Of a stretch of 64,000 bases of DNA, positions 1 through 8,994 are shown piece by piece. Positions within the stretch are counted from its first letter, which is position 1, and each line of letters begins with the position of its first letter. The stretch spans positions 6,071-70,070 of the forward strand of contig DASYTG010000059.1 in assembly GCA_036002525.1 (NCBI GenBank), in the 5' to 3' direction. This DNA is from Candidatus Limnocylindrales bacterium. Lineage in GTDB: Bacteria; Chloroflexota; Limnocylindria; Limnocylindrales; CSP1-4. The notes under the pieces are model-generated. The model was not told the origin of the DNA. It saw only the letters and a list, made by a program, of their open reading frames with translations, and ran no database searches. Both the position numbers and the translations under genes were made by a program.

Positions 1-48
1 GCGGTCGCCGAGGCGCTCGAGCGACCCGCGCCCGGCCGGCCGGCCGTC

Positions 49-837
49 GTGGAGGCCTCCGGAATTCCGTTCGCGACCGTCGAGTGGGGCGACGCCGGCA
101 GTCCGCCGCTTCTCCTCATCCACGGCGTCACCGCTCACACGGGGACGTTGTGGCGGGTGGGGCCGGCTCTCGCGGCCGCCGGCTTCGGGGTCGTTGCGGT
201 CGACCTGCTCGGACACGGGCGCACGGGTGCCTGGACCGGACGCCATCGCTTCGCCGACACCGCCGCCGACATTGCTGCATTCGCGCGTGCCGCAGGGCTG
301 GACGGCCGGGAGCTCCGCGTCGTCGGCCACAGCTGGGGAGCCCTGGTGGCCGCGCAGCTGCCCGCCGCGGGGCTGCGGCCGCGCGTTCTCGTCCTCGTCG
401 ATCCGCCGGTCATGCCGGTCGCAACGATGGCGACGATGGTCATCGACCCGGTTGAGCGCCGCTACGACGACCTGGCCGAGGCGACGCGCATCATCCGGGC
501 CGCGTATCCGTCCTGGTCGGACGGCGACGTCGTTGCGAAGGCCGAGGGCCTGACGATGTTCGACGAAGCCGCCGTCCGCGCGGTCCTCCTCGACAACGGC
601 GACTGGGACGGCGGCATGGGCGCCCTCCGCGACCCGGGCGCGGCCGACGTCGAGACCTGGGTCGTCCGTGGCGAGCCCGCGTCCGGCGGCCTCGTGCCAG
701 ACGCGGCGCTGCCAGCGTTCGCCCAGCGGATTGGCGCGGATCACATCCTCACGATCGCCGGCGGCGAGCACTCGCCGCATCGCATGCGCCCCGAGGCGAC
801 CGTCGTCGCGCTCCTCCGCGCGCTGCGAGGCCGCTAG
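49..837 (+). CDS. alpha/beta-fold hydrolase
   Basis: 262-aa ORF with a GTG start. It has LLLIHGV...HGRTG and a GHSWG nucleophile elbow, typical of alpha/beta hydrolases. Its stop shares CTAG with convergent glgA. Confidence 0.8.
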   Translation: MEASGIPFATVEWGDAGSPPLLLIHGVTAHTGTLWRVGPALAAAGFGVVAVDLLGHGRTGAWTGRHRFADTAADIAAFARAAGLDGRELRVVGHSWGALVAAQLPAAGLRPRVLVLVDPPVMPVATMATMVIDPVERRYDDLAEATRIIRAAYPSWSDGDVVAKAEGLTMFDEAAVRAVLLDNGDWDGGMGALRDPGAADVETWVVRGEPASGGLVPDAALPAFAQRIGADHILTIAGGEHSPHRMRPEATVVALLRALRGR

Positions 838-2309
838 CGATCTTCGCGGCGGACCCGGATCGCCCGCTCGTAGGCCTCGACGTACCGCGGCGCGGACCCC
901 GTCGTCCAGTCGAAGTCGACCGCCATGCCGCGCTGGACGAGCCCGGCCCACGCCGGCCCCCCGGATTCGTAGTACGAGATCGCGGCGTCGCACGCGGCGT
1001 AGAGCGCCTCAGGTGTCGCGGCGTCGAACGCGAATCCCGTCCCCTGCCCCGGCGACGCGATCTCGTCGACGACGGTGTCGCGCAGCCCGCCCGTCCGCCG
1101 GACGATCGGCGGCGCTCCATAGCGCAGCGCGATCATCTGGCCCTGGCCGGACGGCTCGAAGCGCGACGGCATGACGAACAGGTCGTTTCCGGCGTAGATC
1201 CGGCGAGCCATCGCGCGGTCGAACGATTCGATCAGCGCGACGCGGTCGGGGCGGGCCGCAGCCAGGCGGCGCAAGCGGGCGAACTGCTCCGGGTGGCCCG
1301 TCCCGAGGACCGCGAGGCGCGCCCCGCGCTCGATGAGCCGTTCGGCCGCGCCGGCGAGCAGGTCGAAGCCCTTCTGCGGATCGAGCCGGCCGATCATCCC
1401 GAGCACCGGACCCGGAGCGTCCGGATCGAAACCGACTCGGCCGAGGAGGTCGCGCCGGTTGGCCGCCTTTCCGCCGAGGTCCGCGGCCGAGTACGGCGTG
1501 GCGAGGTCGCGGTCCGTCGCCGGGTTCCAGACGGTCGTGTCCAGTCCGTTGAGGATTCCGAAGAACCGATCGCCCTTCGCCCGCAGCACGCCCTCCAGGC
1601 CCATTCCGTATTGGGGAGTCAGGGCCTCGGCGGCAAAGCCCGGGCTCACGGTGTTCGCGAGCTCCGAGCGCTCGATCGCGACCCGGAGAAGGTCTATGCC
1701 GTCGGCGTCCGCGGACACGAGCGGTCCGCCCGGCACGAGCCCGAGCTGGCGGAGCCGATCGCGCGGCGTCCAGCCGTGGTAGGCGAGGTTGTGGAGGGTC
1801 GTCAGCACCGCGGTCGGGCCGATGACCGGGTCGTCGACGTACCAGCGGTCGCGGAGGAGCACGGCCGGCGCGGCGTGCCAGTCGTGGAGGTGAAGGACGT
1901 CCGGTGGCGGGCCGTCGACCCGCAGGGTCTCGAGCGCCGCCCGCGAGAACAGCCCGAACCGCCACGCGTTGTCGGCGAAGTCCCCCGCCGCATCGCCGTA
2001 GAAGCCGTCGCGGTCGAAGGCCGGCGGATGGTCGACCAGCCGAAGGCGGTAGCCGTCAGCCGCGACGTCGATGATGCGCACGTCGGTCGCACCTCCCGCG
2101 GCCAGCGGATCGGGGACGCGAACCGCCAGGGCCCCGGTCGTCCCGGCCGGGACCGGCACGGACCGGTAGCGAGGGAGGAACACGTCGACCGGCTCGACCG
2201 GCCGGCCAGGCTGCCTGCCGAGCGCCCGGGAAAGGGCGTCGACGACGTCGGCCAGGCCTCCGGTCTTGGCCCACGGCTCGCACTCCGCGGCGATGAAAGC
2301 GACTCGCAC
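834..2309 (-). CDS. glgA: glycogen/starch synthase (GT5, GlgA-like)
   Basis: The N-terminus VRVAFIAAECEPWAKTGGLADVV carries the K-T-G-G-L motif. Start trimmed from ORF 834..2465 to the GTG at 2309, because the upstream 52 codons are R/G-rich and not protein-like. Confidence 0.85.
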   Translation of the reverse strand: MRVAFIAAECEPWAKTGGLADVVDALSRALGRQPGRPVEPVDVFLPRYRSVPVPAGTTGALAVRVPDPLAAGGATDVRIIDVAADGYRLRLVDHPPAFDRDGFYGDAAGDFADNAWRFGLFSRAALETLRVDGPPPDVLHLHDWHAAPAVLLRDRWYVDDPVIGPTAVLTTLHNLAYHGWTPRDRLRQLGLVPGGPLVSADADGIDLLRVAIERSELANTVSPGFAAEALTPQYGMGLEGVLRAKGDRFFGILNGLDTTVWNPATDRDLATPYSAADLGGKAANRRDLLGRVGFDPDAPGPVLGMIGRLDPQKGFDLLAGAAERLIERGARLAVLGTGHPEQFARLRRLAAARPDRVALIESFDRAMARRIYAGNDLFVMPSRFEPSGQGQMIALRYGAPPIVRRTGGLRDTVVDEIASPGQGTGFAFDAATPEALYAACDAAISYYESGGPAWAGLVQRGMAVDFDWTTGSAPRYVEAYERAIRVRREDR

Positions 2310-2397
2310 GACATCGATGGTAGCCGCGCCACGCCCGCGAAATGCCCGCGTCCAGGGGATGCCGATGCGATGCGAAAGGCCGAATGCTGAACGACTA

Positions 2398-2432
2398 AAC
2401 CGGTTCACGCGCCCGGTTCGAACAAGTATCAT
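2398..2432 (+). promoter_or_regulatory. candidate glgP promoter with two 8-bp palindromes
   Basis: AACCGGTT (2398-2405) and GTTCGAAC (2416-2423) lie upstream of a TATCAT -10 (2427-2432). Only 8 nt separate the -10 from the glgP ATG. Confidence 0.3.
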
Positions 2433-2440
2433 GCGCCGAC

Positions 2441-4648
2441 ATGGAGCCGTCGGTCTCAGTTCCAACGATCCCCGGCGCCTCGTTTCGCCTGCCTCCCCAG
2501 CTCGAGGGATTACGGCGCCTCGCCTACAACCTCTACTGGAGCTGGCACCCCCGCGCGAAGATCCTGTTCAGCCGGATCGACGCGACCGCGTGGGCCCGGT
2601 ATCGGAACCCGATCCCGGTACTGACCGGGATGGTGGCCTGGACGCCGCTCCTCGAGGACCCGGCGTTCATGGCCGAGTACGAGGACGTCCTCGCCGAGTT
2701 CGACCGGTACATGGCCAACGGCGCCGATCACTGGTTCCACCGCCGGCACGGCCGCAAGCTCGAGGGGCCCATCGCGTACTTCTGCGCCGAGTACGGGCTC
2801 TACGAATCGCTCGGGATCTATTCTGGCGGCCTCGGCGTCCTCGCCGGCGACCACACGAAGACCGCCAGCGACATGGCGCTGCCGTTCGTCGCCGTCGGCC
2901 TCCTCTATCGAAAGGGCTACTTCCGCCAGTCGATCGATGCCGACGGCCATCAGGAGCACAACTACCCCGACTACGACCTCGCCAGGTTGCCGCTCAGCCG
3001 CGTCCAGGGCCCCGACGGCGACCCGCTCCAGGTCAACGTGGAGCTGCCGGGCCGCGACCTGGCCGTCGCGGCGTGGTCTGTCCAGGTTGGCCGGGTCCCG
3101 GTGATCCTCCTGGACACCGACGTTTCCGAGAACGCGGACGCTGACCGGCCGATCACCCACATCCTCTACGTTCGCGGTCGCGAGATGCGGCTCCACCAGG
3201 AGCTCGTCCTCGGCGTCGGCGGCGTCCGGGCGATCCGCGCGCTCGGCATCCGGCCGGCGGTCTGGCACCTCAACGAGGGCCACTCGGCGTTCCTCCTCGC
3301 CGAACGGGCCCGCGAGCTCGTCGCCTCCGGCACGCCGCTCGAGAAGGCCTGGGGGCCGGTTCGCCGGAACAGCGTGTTCACGATCCACACGCCGGTCTCG
3401 GCGGGCAACGAGCGCTTCGAGGTGGATCTCGTCCGGCGCGTCGCGGGGCCGCTCCTCGACGGCGACGGCCGCCCGAAGACCGGCGGCGTCCCGGTCGAGA
3501 GGGTCCTCGAGCTGGGCCGCGGCGTCGACGGCGACGAGAGCCAGTTCGACATGACGGCGTTCTCGCTCCGCCTGACGAACGGCGCGAACGCGGTCAGCCA
3601 GCTCCATGCCGTGACGGCCAACGCGACCTGGGCGCCGGTGGTCGGGGAAGGCCGGATCGTCGGGATCACGAACGGCGTCCACATGCCCAGCTGGGTCGGG
3701 ACGCCGATGCGGGACCTGTTGAGCCGGCACCTCGACGCCGACCTGGACGACCTCGACAGCCAGACCGCGGCGCGCCGGTTCTGGGAGCGGATCGACCGCA
3801 TCCCGCCGGCCGAGCTGTGGGAGGCGCACCAGCGCCAGAAGCGCGAGCTGGCGGTGTTCGCCCGCGGCCGCCTGCGCAACCAGTTCGCCCGCCACGGCGA
3901 GGCGCCAGCCGTCCTCGAGCAGCTCGCGAAGGCGCTCGATCCGAACGCGCTCACGATCGGCTTCGCGAGGCGGTTCGCCACCTACAAGCGGGCGGCGATG
4001 ATCTTCAGCGACATCGACCGGCTCGCACGGACCCTGCGCGACGAGAGACGGCCGGTCCAGATCGTCTTCGCCGGCAAGGCCCATCCGGCCGACCGGCCGG
4101 GGCAGCAGGTCATCCAGGAGATCTTCGCCCGGTCACGCTCCGAGAAGCTCCTCGGGCGGGTGTTCGTCCTCGAGGACTACGACATGCGGATCGCCCGCTT
4201 CCTCGTCCAGGGCGTCGACGTCTGGCTCAACAACCCGCGCCGGCCGCTCGAGGCATCGGGGACGAGCGGGATGAAGGCCGCCGCGAACGGGCTGATCAAC
4301 CTGAGCGTCCTCGACGGCTGGTGGGACGAGGGCTGGACTGGCGACAACGGCTGGGCGATCGGCGGTCGTGAGACGAATCCGGACGAGGCCGCCCAGGACT
4401 GGGCCGACGCGATGGACCTCTACCGGCTCCTCGAGAACGAGGTCGTGCCCTGCTACTACGACCGCACGAAGGCCGGCCTGCCGCGCGCCTGGGTCGACCT
4501 CATGCGCCGGTCGATGGGCTCGACGATCTGGCGCTTCTCGACGACGCGGATGCTCCAGGAGTACACGGAGAAGCTCTATCTCCCCGCCGCCGGCGTCGCC
4601 GCCGCGAAGCCCGAGGCGCCCGTCCCGATGGTCACCGAGGCCGGCTGA
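2441..4648 (+). CDS. glgP: alpha-glucan phosphorylase (GT35, GlgP/MalP-type)
   Basis: 735 aa. LAYNLYWSWHP at the N-terminus and EASGTSGMKAAANG (PLP-lysine region) are typical of the alpha-glucan phosphorylase family. Confidence 0.85.
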   Translation: MEPSVSVPTIPGASFRLPPQLEGLRRLAYNLYWSWHPRAKILFSRIDATAWARYRNPIPVLTGMVAWTPLLEDPAFMAEYEDVLAEFDRYMANGADHWFHRRHGRKLEGPIAYFCAEYGLYESLGIYSGGLGVLAGDHTKTASDMALPFVAVGLLYRKGYFRQSIDADGHQEHNYPDYDLARLPLSRVQGPDGDPLQVNVELPGRDLAVAAWSVQVGRVPVILLDTDVSENADADRPITHILYVRGREMRLHQELVLGVGGVRAIRALGIRPAVWHLNEGHSAFLLAERARELVASGTPLEKAWGPVRRNSVFTIHTPVSAGNERFEVDLVRRVAGPLLDGDGRPKTGGVPVERVLELGRGVDGDESQFDMTAFSLRLTNGANAVSQLHAVTANATWAPVVGEGRIVGITNGVHMPSWVGTPMRDLLSRHLDADLDDLDSQTAARRFWERIDRIPPAELWEAHQRQKRELAVFARGRLRNQFARHGEAPAVLEQLAKALDPNALTIGFARRFATYKRAAMIFSDIDRLARTLRDERRPVQIVFAGKAHPADRPGQQVIQEIFARSRSEKLLGRVFVLEDYDMRIARFLVQGVDVWLNNPRRPLEASGTSGMKAAANGLINLSVLDGWWDEGWTGDNGWAIGGRETNPDEAAQDWADAMDLYRLLENEVVPCYYDRTKAGLPRAWVDLMRRSMGSTIWRFSTTRMLQEYTEKLYLPAAGVAAAKPEAPVPMVTEAG

Positions 4649-4700
4649 CCGGCGAGCCATCGAGCGCCCGGCGGACAACGAAAGGGGCCAGCACAGCCCA

Positions 4701-6893
4701 GTGGGGTCTCGTATCTCGCTCGCTCTCGCGATCCACAACCACCAGCCGGTGGGGAACTTCGGGTGGGTCTTTGCCGAGGTCTACGACCAGGCGTACCGCC
4801 CGATGCTCGAAGCCCTCGAGCGCCACCCGGGTGTGCGGCTGTCGCTCCACTACACCGGTCCCCTGCTCGAATGGCTGCGCGCCGAGCGGCCCGACTTCGT
4901 CGAGGGGCTGCGCGCTCTCGTCGAGCGCAACCAGGTGGAGCTGCTCGGCGGCGGGCTGTACGAGCCGGTCCTCGCCTCACTCCCGGAGCGCGACCGGGTG
5001 GCCCAGCTCCGTCGGATGGCGGACGAGCTCGAGGCGATGACCGGCCGGCGGCCGCGCGGGGCGTGGCTCGCGGAGCGCGTCTGGGAGCCGGACCTCCCGA
5101 CGTCACTCGTGAAGGCTGGTTACGGCTGGACGATCCTCGACGACGCCCATTTCCGCGCCGCGGCGATCCCCGAGGAGAACCTCTGGGGCGCGTACACGAC
5201 CGAGGACCAGGGCCACGTCCTCACGGTGTTCGGAACCGAGCAGGGGCTGCGCTACCGGATCCCGTTCGGCGAGGTCGACGATGTCATCGCCTACCTGCGT
5301 GACCACGCGACCGAGGACGGCGGGCGCGTCGGGATGATGGGCGACGACGGCGAGAAGTTCGGTGCCTGGCCCACGACGTGGGAGCACTGCTGGGGGCGCG
5401 GGCGATGGGTCGACCGGTTCTTCGACGCGCTCGAGAAGAACGCCTCGTGGCTGACGACGGTCACTCCGTCGGACTGGCTCGAGCATGAGCCGCCGATCGG
5501 GCGGGTGTACGTCCCGACGAGCTCGTACGCCGAGATGGGCGAGTGGGCGTTGCCCGCCGACGAGGCGCTCGTGTTCGCCGACCTGCTCCATGCCGCGGTC
5601 GCCGGGAAGCGGCCCGAGGCGCGCTGGCTGCGGGGCGGGTTCTGGCGCAACTTCCAGGTGAAGTACCGCGAGATCAACGACCTCCACAAGCAGATGCTCC
5701 GCGCGTCGGACAAGGTGGCGCTGATGCCCGACGGACTCGAGCGGCTCGCGGCGCTTGACCATCTCCACCGCGGCCAGTCGAACGATTGCTACTGGCACGG
5801 CCTGTTCGGCGGCATCTATATCAGCCACATGCGGCTCGCGACGCTCGAACACCTCATCGCCGCGGAGGACTCAGCCGACCGCGCGGCCGGGGTGACGAGC
5901 GCGGCGGAGCTGCGCGACGTCGACCTCGACGGCCGGGACGAGGCGCTGCTGCTCCATCCGGGCCAGGTCGTGACCGTCGACCTCGACGAGGGCGCGGGCA
6001 TCGGCAGCTGGGACATCCGGGCCCCGCGCCACGCGATGACCGCGGTGATGCGCCGCCGCCCCGAGGCCTACCACGCGACGCTCCGCCGGCACGAGGCTGC
6101 CGCCGCCGCGGCGGCCGCAATCGCAGCGTCTCAGCCCTCCGACGGCGCCGGGCCGGCCTCGATCCACGACGTCGTCCGGACGAAGGAGGCCGACCTGTCC
6201 GCCCACCTCGACTACGACGATCACGAACGGCGCTCTGGTCTCGTCCGCTTCCTCGCGCCGGGAACGACGCCGGACGACGTCGCGACCGCGCGTGCGCGCG
6301 AGCTCGGGGACTTCGTCGAGAAGCCGTTCGAGGTCGTGACCCTCGAGCGGGACCGGCTCGTCGTCGAGCGGGACGGACGGGTCGAGATGCCGGACGGGCC
6401 GCGGGCGGTCCGGGTCGAGAAGATCCTGACCCTCGGCGGCGATCGTGCGACGCCGAGCCTTGGGCTAGAGGTCGCCGTCGAGAACCGTTCGGCCGGGCCG
6501 ATCGAGGCCGTCCTCGGCATCGAGTGGTCGATCACGATGCTCGGTGGCGGCGGAAATCCGGCGGCGTGGTACGAAGTCGGAGGCCGCCGCTCGGCGCACG
6601 ACGGCGGCGGCATCGCCGCTGCGGCTGCCCGCGTCGACCAGGGCAACGACTACATCGGGCTGAGCGTCGCGACGACGGCGAGCCCGCCCGCCGACGCATG
6701 GTGGGCGCCGATCGAGACGGTCTCGAACTCCGAGGCCGGCTTCGAGCGGATCTACCAGGGCACTGGCCTCCTGCTGTCGTGGCCGCTGCGACTCAAGGCC
6801 GGAGCCCGCACGGTGGTCCGGGTCGATCACGTGGTTGCCGCGACGCGCGACCGAGCGGCCGAGGAGTCGGCAGCGGCGACAACCGGCGCGTGA
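4701..6893 (+). CDS. GH57-family alpha-amylase/4-alpha-glucanotransferase-like protein
   Basis: Starts at GTG 4701 with GAAAGGGG upstream. The N-terminus ISLALAIHNHQPVGNF...LHYTGPLLEWL is the GH57 signature. The long C-terminal region resembles the DUF1925/DUF1926-type extensions of this family. Confidence 0.75.
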   Translation: MGSRISLALAIHNHQPVGNFGWVFAEVYDQAYRPMLEALERHPGVRLSLHYTGPLLEWLRAERPDFVEGLRALVERNQVELLGGGLYEPVLASLPERDRVAQLRRMADELEAMTGRRPRGAWLAERVWEPDLPTSLVKAGYGWTILDDAHFRAAAIPEENLWGAYTTEDQGHVLTVFGTEQGLRYRIPFGEVDDVIAYLRDHATEDGGRVGMMGDDGEKFGAWPTTWEHCWGRGRWVDRFFDALEKNASWLTTVTPSDWLEHEPPIGRVYVPTSSYAEMGEWALPADEALVFADLLHAAVAGKRPEARWLRGGFWRNFQVKYREINDLHKQMLRASDKVALMPDGLERLAALDHLHRGQSNDCYWHGLFGGIYISHMRLATLEHLIAAEDSADRAAGVTSAAELRDVDLDGRDEALLLHPGQVVTVDLDEGAGIGSWDIRAPRHAMTAVMRRRPEAYHATLRRHEAAAAAAAAIAASQPSDGAGPASIHDVVRTKEADLSAHLDYDDHERRSGLVRFLAPGTTPDDVATARARELGDFVEKPFEVVTLERDRLVVERDGRVEMPDGPRAVRVEKILTLGGDRATPSLGLEVAVENRSAGPIEAVLGIEWSITMLGGGGNPAAWYEVGGRRSAHDGGGIAAAAARVDQGNDYIGLSVATTASPPADAWWAPIETVSNSEAGFERIYQGTGLLLSWPLRLKAGARTVVRVDHVVAATRDRAAEESAAATTGA

Positions 6894-8356
6894 TCGAGTC
6901 GCCTCGCGGCCGGCTCGTCGTCCACGGCCACTTCTACCAGCCGCTCCGGGTCGACCCGTTCAGCGGCCAGATCCCGGCCGATCCGGCGGCCGCCCCGTTC
7001 CACGACTGGAACGCGCGAATCGACGCGGAGTCCTACCGCCCGATCGGCGAGCGCGGAACGCTCTCCCGGATGTCGTTCAACGTCGGCGCGACGCTCGCCG
7101 TGTGGCTGGCGACCGCGGCCCCCGAGACGCTCCGCAGGTTCGCCGCCGGGGACCGCTGGTCGGACATGGGCGACGTCGGCGCGGATGTCCCACCCGACCG
7201 GGGCAATGCGATGGCCCAGGCGTTCCACCACGCGATTCTGCCGCTCGCCTCGGCGTCCGACCGGCGGACCGAGATCCGCTGGGGCCTGCGCGAGTTCGTC
7301 CTCCGGTTCGGGCACCGCGCGGAGGGGATGTGGCTGCCGGAGACCGCGGTCGACCTGCCGACGCTCCGGGCGCTGGCCGAGGAAGGCATCCGCTACACGA
7401 TCCTGGCCCCGTGGCAGGTCGGTGACCCGAACCTCGACAACCGGCGGCCCTATCGGGTCGAGCTCGGTGGCGGTCGGAGCATCGTCGTGGCCCTCTACGA
7501 CGCGGGCCTGTCGAGCGCCGTGTCCTTCGAGCCCGCTGCCACGGCCGACGCCGATCGGTTCGCCCGCGAGCGGGTCGCGACGCGGCTGACCGGCACGCCG
7601 TTTCCGGACGGTGAGCCGGGTCTCGTCCTCATCGCGACGGACGGCGAGCTGTACGGCCACCACCAGCCGTTCCGCGACCTGTTCCTCCACCGGCTCGTGG
7701 CGCCGGGGCCGGGCGTGCCGGACCGCGGCTTCGACGTTGCCCAGCTGGCGACGGCGCTCCTGGGGCCGCCCGAACCCGCCTATCGCGTCGCGCGGATCGC
7801 GGAGCGGACCTCGTGGAGCTGCCACCACGGGGTCGCGCGCTGGTCCACGGAGTGTCCCGACGCGGTCGACGGTCGCTGGAAAGGGCCGTTGCGGGCCGCG
7901 CTCGACCGGCTCGCCGGCGCGATCGACGCGGTCACCGAGGAGGTGTTCGCGCGGCTGCCGGCGTCGCCGGATCGGATCGCCGCCCGCGACGCGTTCGTCG
8001 ACGTCGTCGTCGGAGTCGAGCCGGAGAGCGCGTTCGCCGCCCGCTGGCTCGGCGACGACGCGTCCGCGACGGACCGCGGGGCGTTCCTCGACCTGCTCGA
8101 CGCGCAACGCTGGCGGCTCGCGATGTTCGCCAGCGACGGCTGGTTCTGGGACGACCCGGTCCGCCCCGAGACCAGGCAGAACCTGCGCTGCGCGGCCCGG
8201 GCCGTGCGGATCGTCGATGTGATCGCCGGGACGCGCCTCGAGCGTGCGCTCGTAGCCGACCTCGGCCTGTTCGTCTCGCCCGGCCAGGGCCTCGACGGCG
8301 CGGCGATCTACCGGGCGGCGCTCAGCGAGGTGGGCCAGCCAGGGCCGGCGGCCTGA
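6890..8356 (+). CDS. GH57-like protein (DUF3536-type)
   Basis: GTG 6890 overlaps the upstream TGA as GTGA. LVVHGHFYQPLR...AILPLAS...WLPETA resembles the GH57 N-terminal catalytic region followed by a DUF3536-like C-terminus. Confidence 0.7.
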   Translation: MIESPRGRLVVHGHFYQPLRVDPFSGQIPADPAAAPFHDWNARIDAESYRPIGERGTLSRMSFNVGATLAVWLATAAPETLRRFAAGDRWSDMGDVGADVPPDRGNAMAQAFHHAILPLASASDRRTEIRWGLREFVLRFGHRAEGMWLPETAVDLPTLRALAEEGIRYTILAPWQVGDPNLDNRRPYRVELGGGRSIVVALYDAGLSSAVSFEPAATADADRFARERVATRLTGTPFPDGEPGLVLIATDGELYGHHQPFRDLFLHRLVAPGPGVPDRGFDVAQLATALLGPPEPAYRVARIAERTSWSCHHGVARWSTECPDAVDGRWKGPLRAALDRLAGAIDAVTEEVFARLPASPDRIAARDAFVDVVVGVEPESAFAARWLGDDASATDRGAFLDLLDAQRWRLAMFASDGWFWDDPVRPETRQNLRCAARAVRIVDVIAGTRLERALVADLGLFVSPGQGLDGAAIYRAALSEVGQPGPAA

Positions 8357-8719
8357 TCGCGGGTCCCGCCGGGCGTCGGCTCTCGGCACCGGGGTCTTTG
8401 TCAGTTGTCCTGCCGGGGGGACGAAAACGTGGGACATCCGGCGCGTCCGGCCGATTCCGGCCGACTCTTGGCCTGCAACGGCTACGTCGATGGTCCTGTG
8501 CGAAGCGGACCCCCGTTCGAGCCCGCGTCCCGTCCTCTGGGAGGGCAAATGAGAGTGACAGCTCCTGCACGACCCCGGGTACCCGCAGATCACGTTAGCG
8601 ACGCGATCAACCTCTCTGGGGCCGACATCGGAATCTCGTTCTCGACGCCTCCGGCGGTGGCGGCCGGCTGCCCCGGCGCGTGTGCGCCAGGTGGCCAGAG
8701 TCGATCGGGCCGAGAATGC

Positions 8720-8781
8720 GTCAGCCCGCGGCCTGCGCGCCACGGGCTGACGAGAGCGGCGCCGCCGGGAGAAGGCGGCGC
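8720..8781 (-). terminator. two GC-rich hairpins downstream of the 44-aa micro-ORF
   Basis: GCGCCGCC/GGCGGCGC (8759-8781, 7-nt loop) and GTCAGCCCG/CGGGCTGAC (8720-8751). There is no clear U-tract. Confidence 0.3.
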
Positions 8782-8797
8782 GCGGTGAGGCAAAGTG

Positions 8798-8932
8798 TTA
8801 GAGGGTGATCCCCCGCGCCGGGCTGCGCGGGTCATCCGACTCCAGGCGCGAGTCGACGCCGAACCGGAGCGCCAGGACGTCGAGCAGGCCCAGGGCCACA
8901 ACCACGACTCCGAAAACGAGAAGCCCTTCCAT
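8798..8932 (-). CDS. 44-aa small membrane-anchored protein (hypothetical)
   Basis: Encodes MEGLLVFGVVVVALGLLDVLALRFGVDSRLESDDPRSPARGITL. AAGGTGG sits 5 nt upstream of the ATG. Nearly all third codon positions are G/C, and two GC hairpins follow the stop. It is too short for the ORF track. Confidence 0.45.
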   Translation of the reverse strand: MEGLLVFGVVVVALGLLDVLALRFGVDSRLESDDPRSPARGITL

Positions 8933-8994
8933 CGAAACCACCTTGTTGATACAGTTGACTAGGCCAAATCGAACGATAGTTGGACTACTGCACT

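Noticed and set aside
8505-8535. GTTCGAGCCC, reminiscent of a tRNA/tmRNA T-loop.
   Set aside because: The flanking bases cannot form a T-stem, and no acceptor or anticodon arms and no CCA context are present. I also found no tmRNA 5' GGGG...TTCGAC element or tag reading frame.
8609-8621. CCCCAGAGAGGTT on the minus strand, resembling the PyrR binding core UCCAGAGAGGYU.
   Set aside because: No minus-strand gene lies downstream of it and no supporting stem surrounds it. A 9-mer match of this kind is expected about once by chance in 2 x 64 kb.
8549-8788. An SD-preceded 79-codon ORF (MRVTAPARPRVPADHVSDAINLSGADIGISFSTPPAVAAGCPGAC...), considered as a small gene or RiPP-like precursor.
   Set aside because: Its third-position composition is much less GC-biased than in real genes here. 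Its 3' part coincides with hairpins serving the opposite-strand micro-ORF, and there are no modification-enzyme genes nearby. I keep it only as an alternative explanation within the finding on 8357-8797.
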